Assembly: GCF_963921235.1 (NCBI RefSeq)
Contig: NC_086099.1
Span: 24,490,001 to 24,554,000, forward strand
Direction of reading: 5' to 3'
Origin: Mobula hypostoma
Taxonomy: Eukaryota
DNA length: 64,000 bases
The translations under genes and the position numbers were made by a program. Below are positions 62,440 to 64,000 of this stretch, piece after piece. Every line of letters begins with the position of its first letter. Positions within the stretch are counted from its first letter, which is position 1. Under the pieces are notes generated by a model. The model saw only the letters and a list, made by a program, of their open reading frames with translations, searched no databases and was not told where the DNA came from.

Positions 62440-63385
62440 CAGAACCATTTTCTAGCTGGTTGCCAGTGCCTAGTGGTGCTCTATAGGAGTCGGTATTGGA
62501 ACCATTTCTTTTCATGTTATATGTCAATGATTTGGATAATAGAATTGATTGCTTTGTGACCAAGTTTGGGATGATACAAAGATAGGTGGACGGGGACGTA
62601 GTGTTGAGGAAGCAGGGAGTCTGCAGAAGACAGATTGGAAGAATGGGTAAAGAAGTGGCAGATGGAATATAGTGTAGGGAAGTGTATGTTCATGCACCTT
62701 GGTAGAAGGAATAAAGGTGCGGACTATTTTTAAATGTGAGGAAGTTCAAAAACCAGATTGACTAGGTGGTAAGGCATGCAAAGGCAATGCTCAGACGAAT
62801 ATCACAGGGACTACAATATGAAAACACAGATATAATGCAGAGGCTTTATAAGCCATTTGTCAAACTGCATTTTGAGTATTGTGAGCAGTTTTGGGATCCT
62901 CATCTAAGAAATGGTGTACTGGCCTTGGAGAGGGTCCAGAGGAAATTTTTGAGAATGATTCCATTAATGAAAAGGTTAACATATGAGGAATGTTTGATGG
63001 CTCTGGACCAGTACATCCATTGAAACCTATTGAATATTGAAAGGCCTAGATAGAGTGGATGTGGAGAGGATGATTCCCATAGTGGGTGAGTCCAGGATCA
63101 GAGAGCATAGCCTCAGAATAGAGGGATATCCATCTAGAACAAAGATGAGGAGAAACTTCTTGAGACAGAAGGTAGTGAAACTGTGGAACTCATTGCCTCG
63201 TCATTGACTGTATTTAAGGCTGAGGTTGATAGGTTATTGATTAATCAGGACATCAAAAGCTAAGGGGAGAAGGCAGGAAAAAGGGATTGAGAGGGATAAT
63301 AAATCAGCCATGATGGAATGGCGGAGCAGACTCGATGAGTTGAATGGTCTAATTCTACTCCTATATCTTATGGTCTTATGGTCTT
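62440..63385 (+). mobile_element. CR1 LINE RT-to-3' fragment
   Basis: SVLEPFLFMLYVNDLD, degenerate KF.DDTKIGG, WVKKWQMEY, HFEYCEQFWDPHLR and a (TCTTATGG)n tail. Confidence 0.85.
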
Positions 63386-63689
63386 ATTCATATGCTTCAC
63401 AAATTAGTAGTGCAATCACTTGAGTCAAGTATTATGTTCTCCTAAGGAATTGCCTACTGGTGGCTCCTCATGTGTCTGTAGGAGCCAATCTGGGATCCCC
63501 AAATCAGGAATGTTAGGGTGAATTCCCTTAATGGTGAATGCCTGTTGCATTACATTTTTTTAACGTGGGGAGGCAGCCACCACACAGTCAAATGGGATGA
63601 AATACAAGACAACTATGGACAATTCACTGCTGCAGCCTTCCTCTGCCTTCACTGCCATTGCGATGTGTCATCATCTTCTGCCATCTCCA

Positions 63690-63830
63690 GCACTGAGGCC
63701 TTGATTGGATCACTCTTTGTCTGCAACCTCCGCCTTGACTTTACCACCGTGGGTGATCCTACCAGGAGCTAAGTGCCAGATGGCTAAACACCAGATAGCT
63801 TCACTCTTAGGATATCAGGAACTCACAAGG
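63690..63830 (-). mobile_element. RTE 5'UTR-like fragment
   Basis: Reverse complement contains GCTCCTGGTAGGATCACCCA...GTCAAGG, similar to GGCTCTTGGTAGGGTCACCCA at 1628. Confidence 0.4.
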
Positions 63831-64000
63831 AGACAATCTTCATAATCACAAATTACCCATCACATACATATATGTATGTATACCAGCAATGAGACAATGC
63901 TTCTCTGGACCAGGGTGTAAAGCACAGTAGTACACATAACACACTTATAGCACAAAATAACTTCAAAAGTAAGAATTAATTCTACAAATGAATACAGAGA

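Overview
This is repeat-dense vertebrate genomic DNA, not prokaryotic. The mix of CR1, Rex1/Babar, Neptune-type Penelope elements and V-SINEs suggests a cartilaginous fish, probably a ray or skate (inference). I recognise no host protein-coding gene. Every recognisable ORF is a decayed transposon fragment, so the window looks intergenic or deep intronic. Main structures: (1) a near-complete but decayed R4/Dong-clade retrotransposon (~20.0-24.95 kb, minus), interrupted by a solo LTR and a SINE-like element, with a second truncated copy abutting it. (2) A near-complete Penelope-like element (PLE; ~26.0-34.4 kb, plus) split by a 5.6-kb L1-clade element, which itself carries a SINE-like insert. 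(3) A BovB-like RTE (~40.7-41.5 kb). (4) A composite Tc1-type element bounded by two palindromic mini-transposons (43.6-44.7 kb). (5) Many PLE terminal repeats with decayed minimal hammerhead ribozyme motifs, some arranged as fold-back hairpins. The few TE-free islands hold candidate regulatory sites (Pbx/Meis + Hox/Cdx cluster, E-box, CTCF) and candidate plus-strand exons with no recognisable coding product. There is one 142-N assembly gap. I found no intact novel protein system; the best leads are RNA and transposon architecture. Old-TE boundaries are approximate (tens of bp) unless a target-site duplication (TSD) is quoted.
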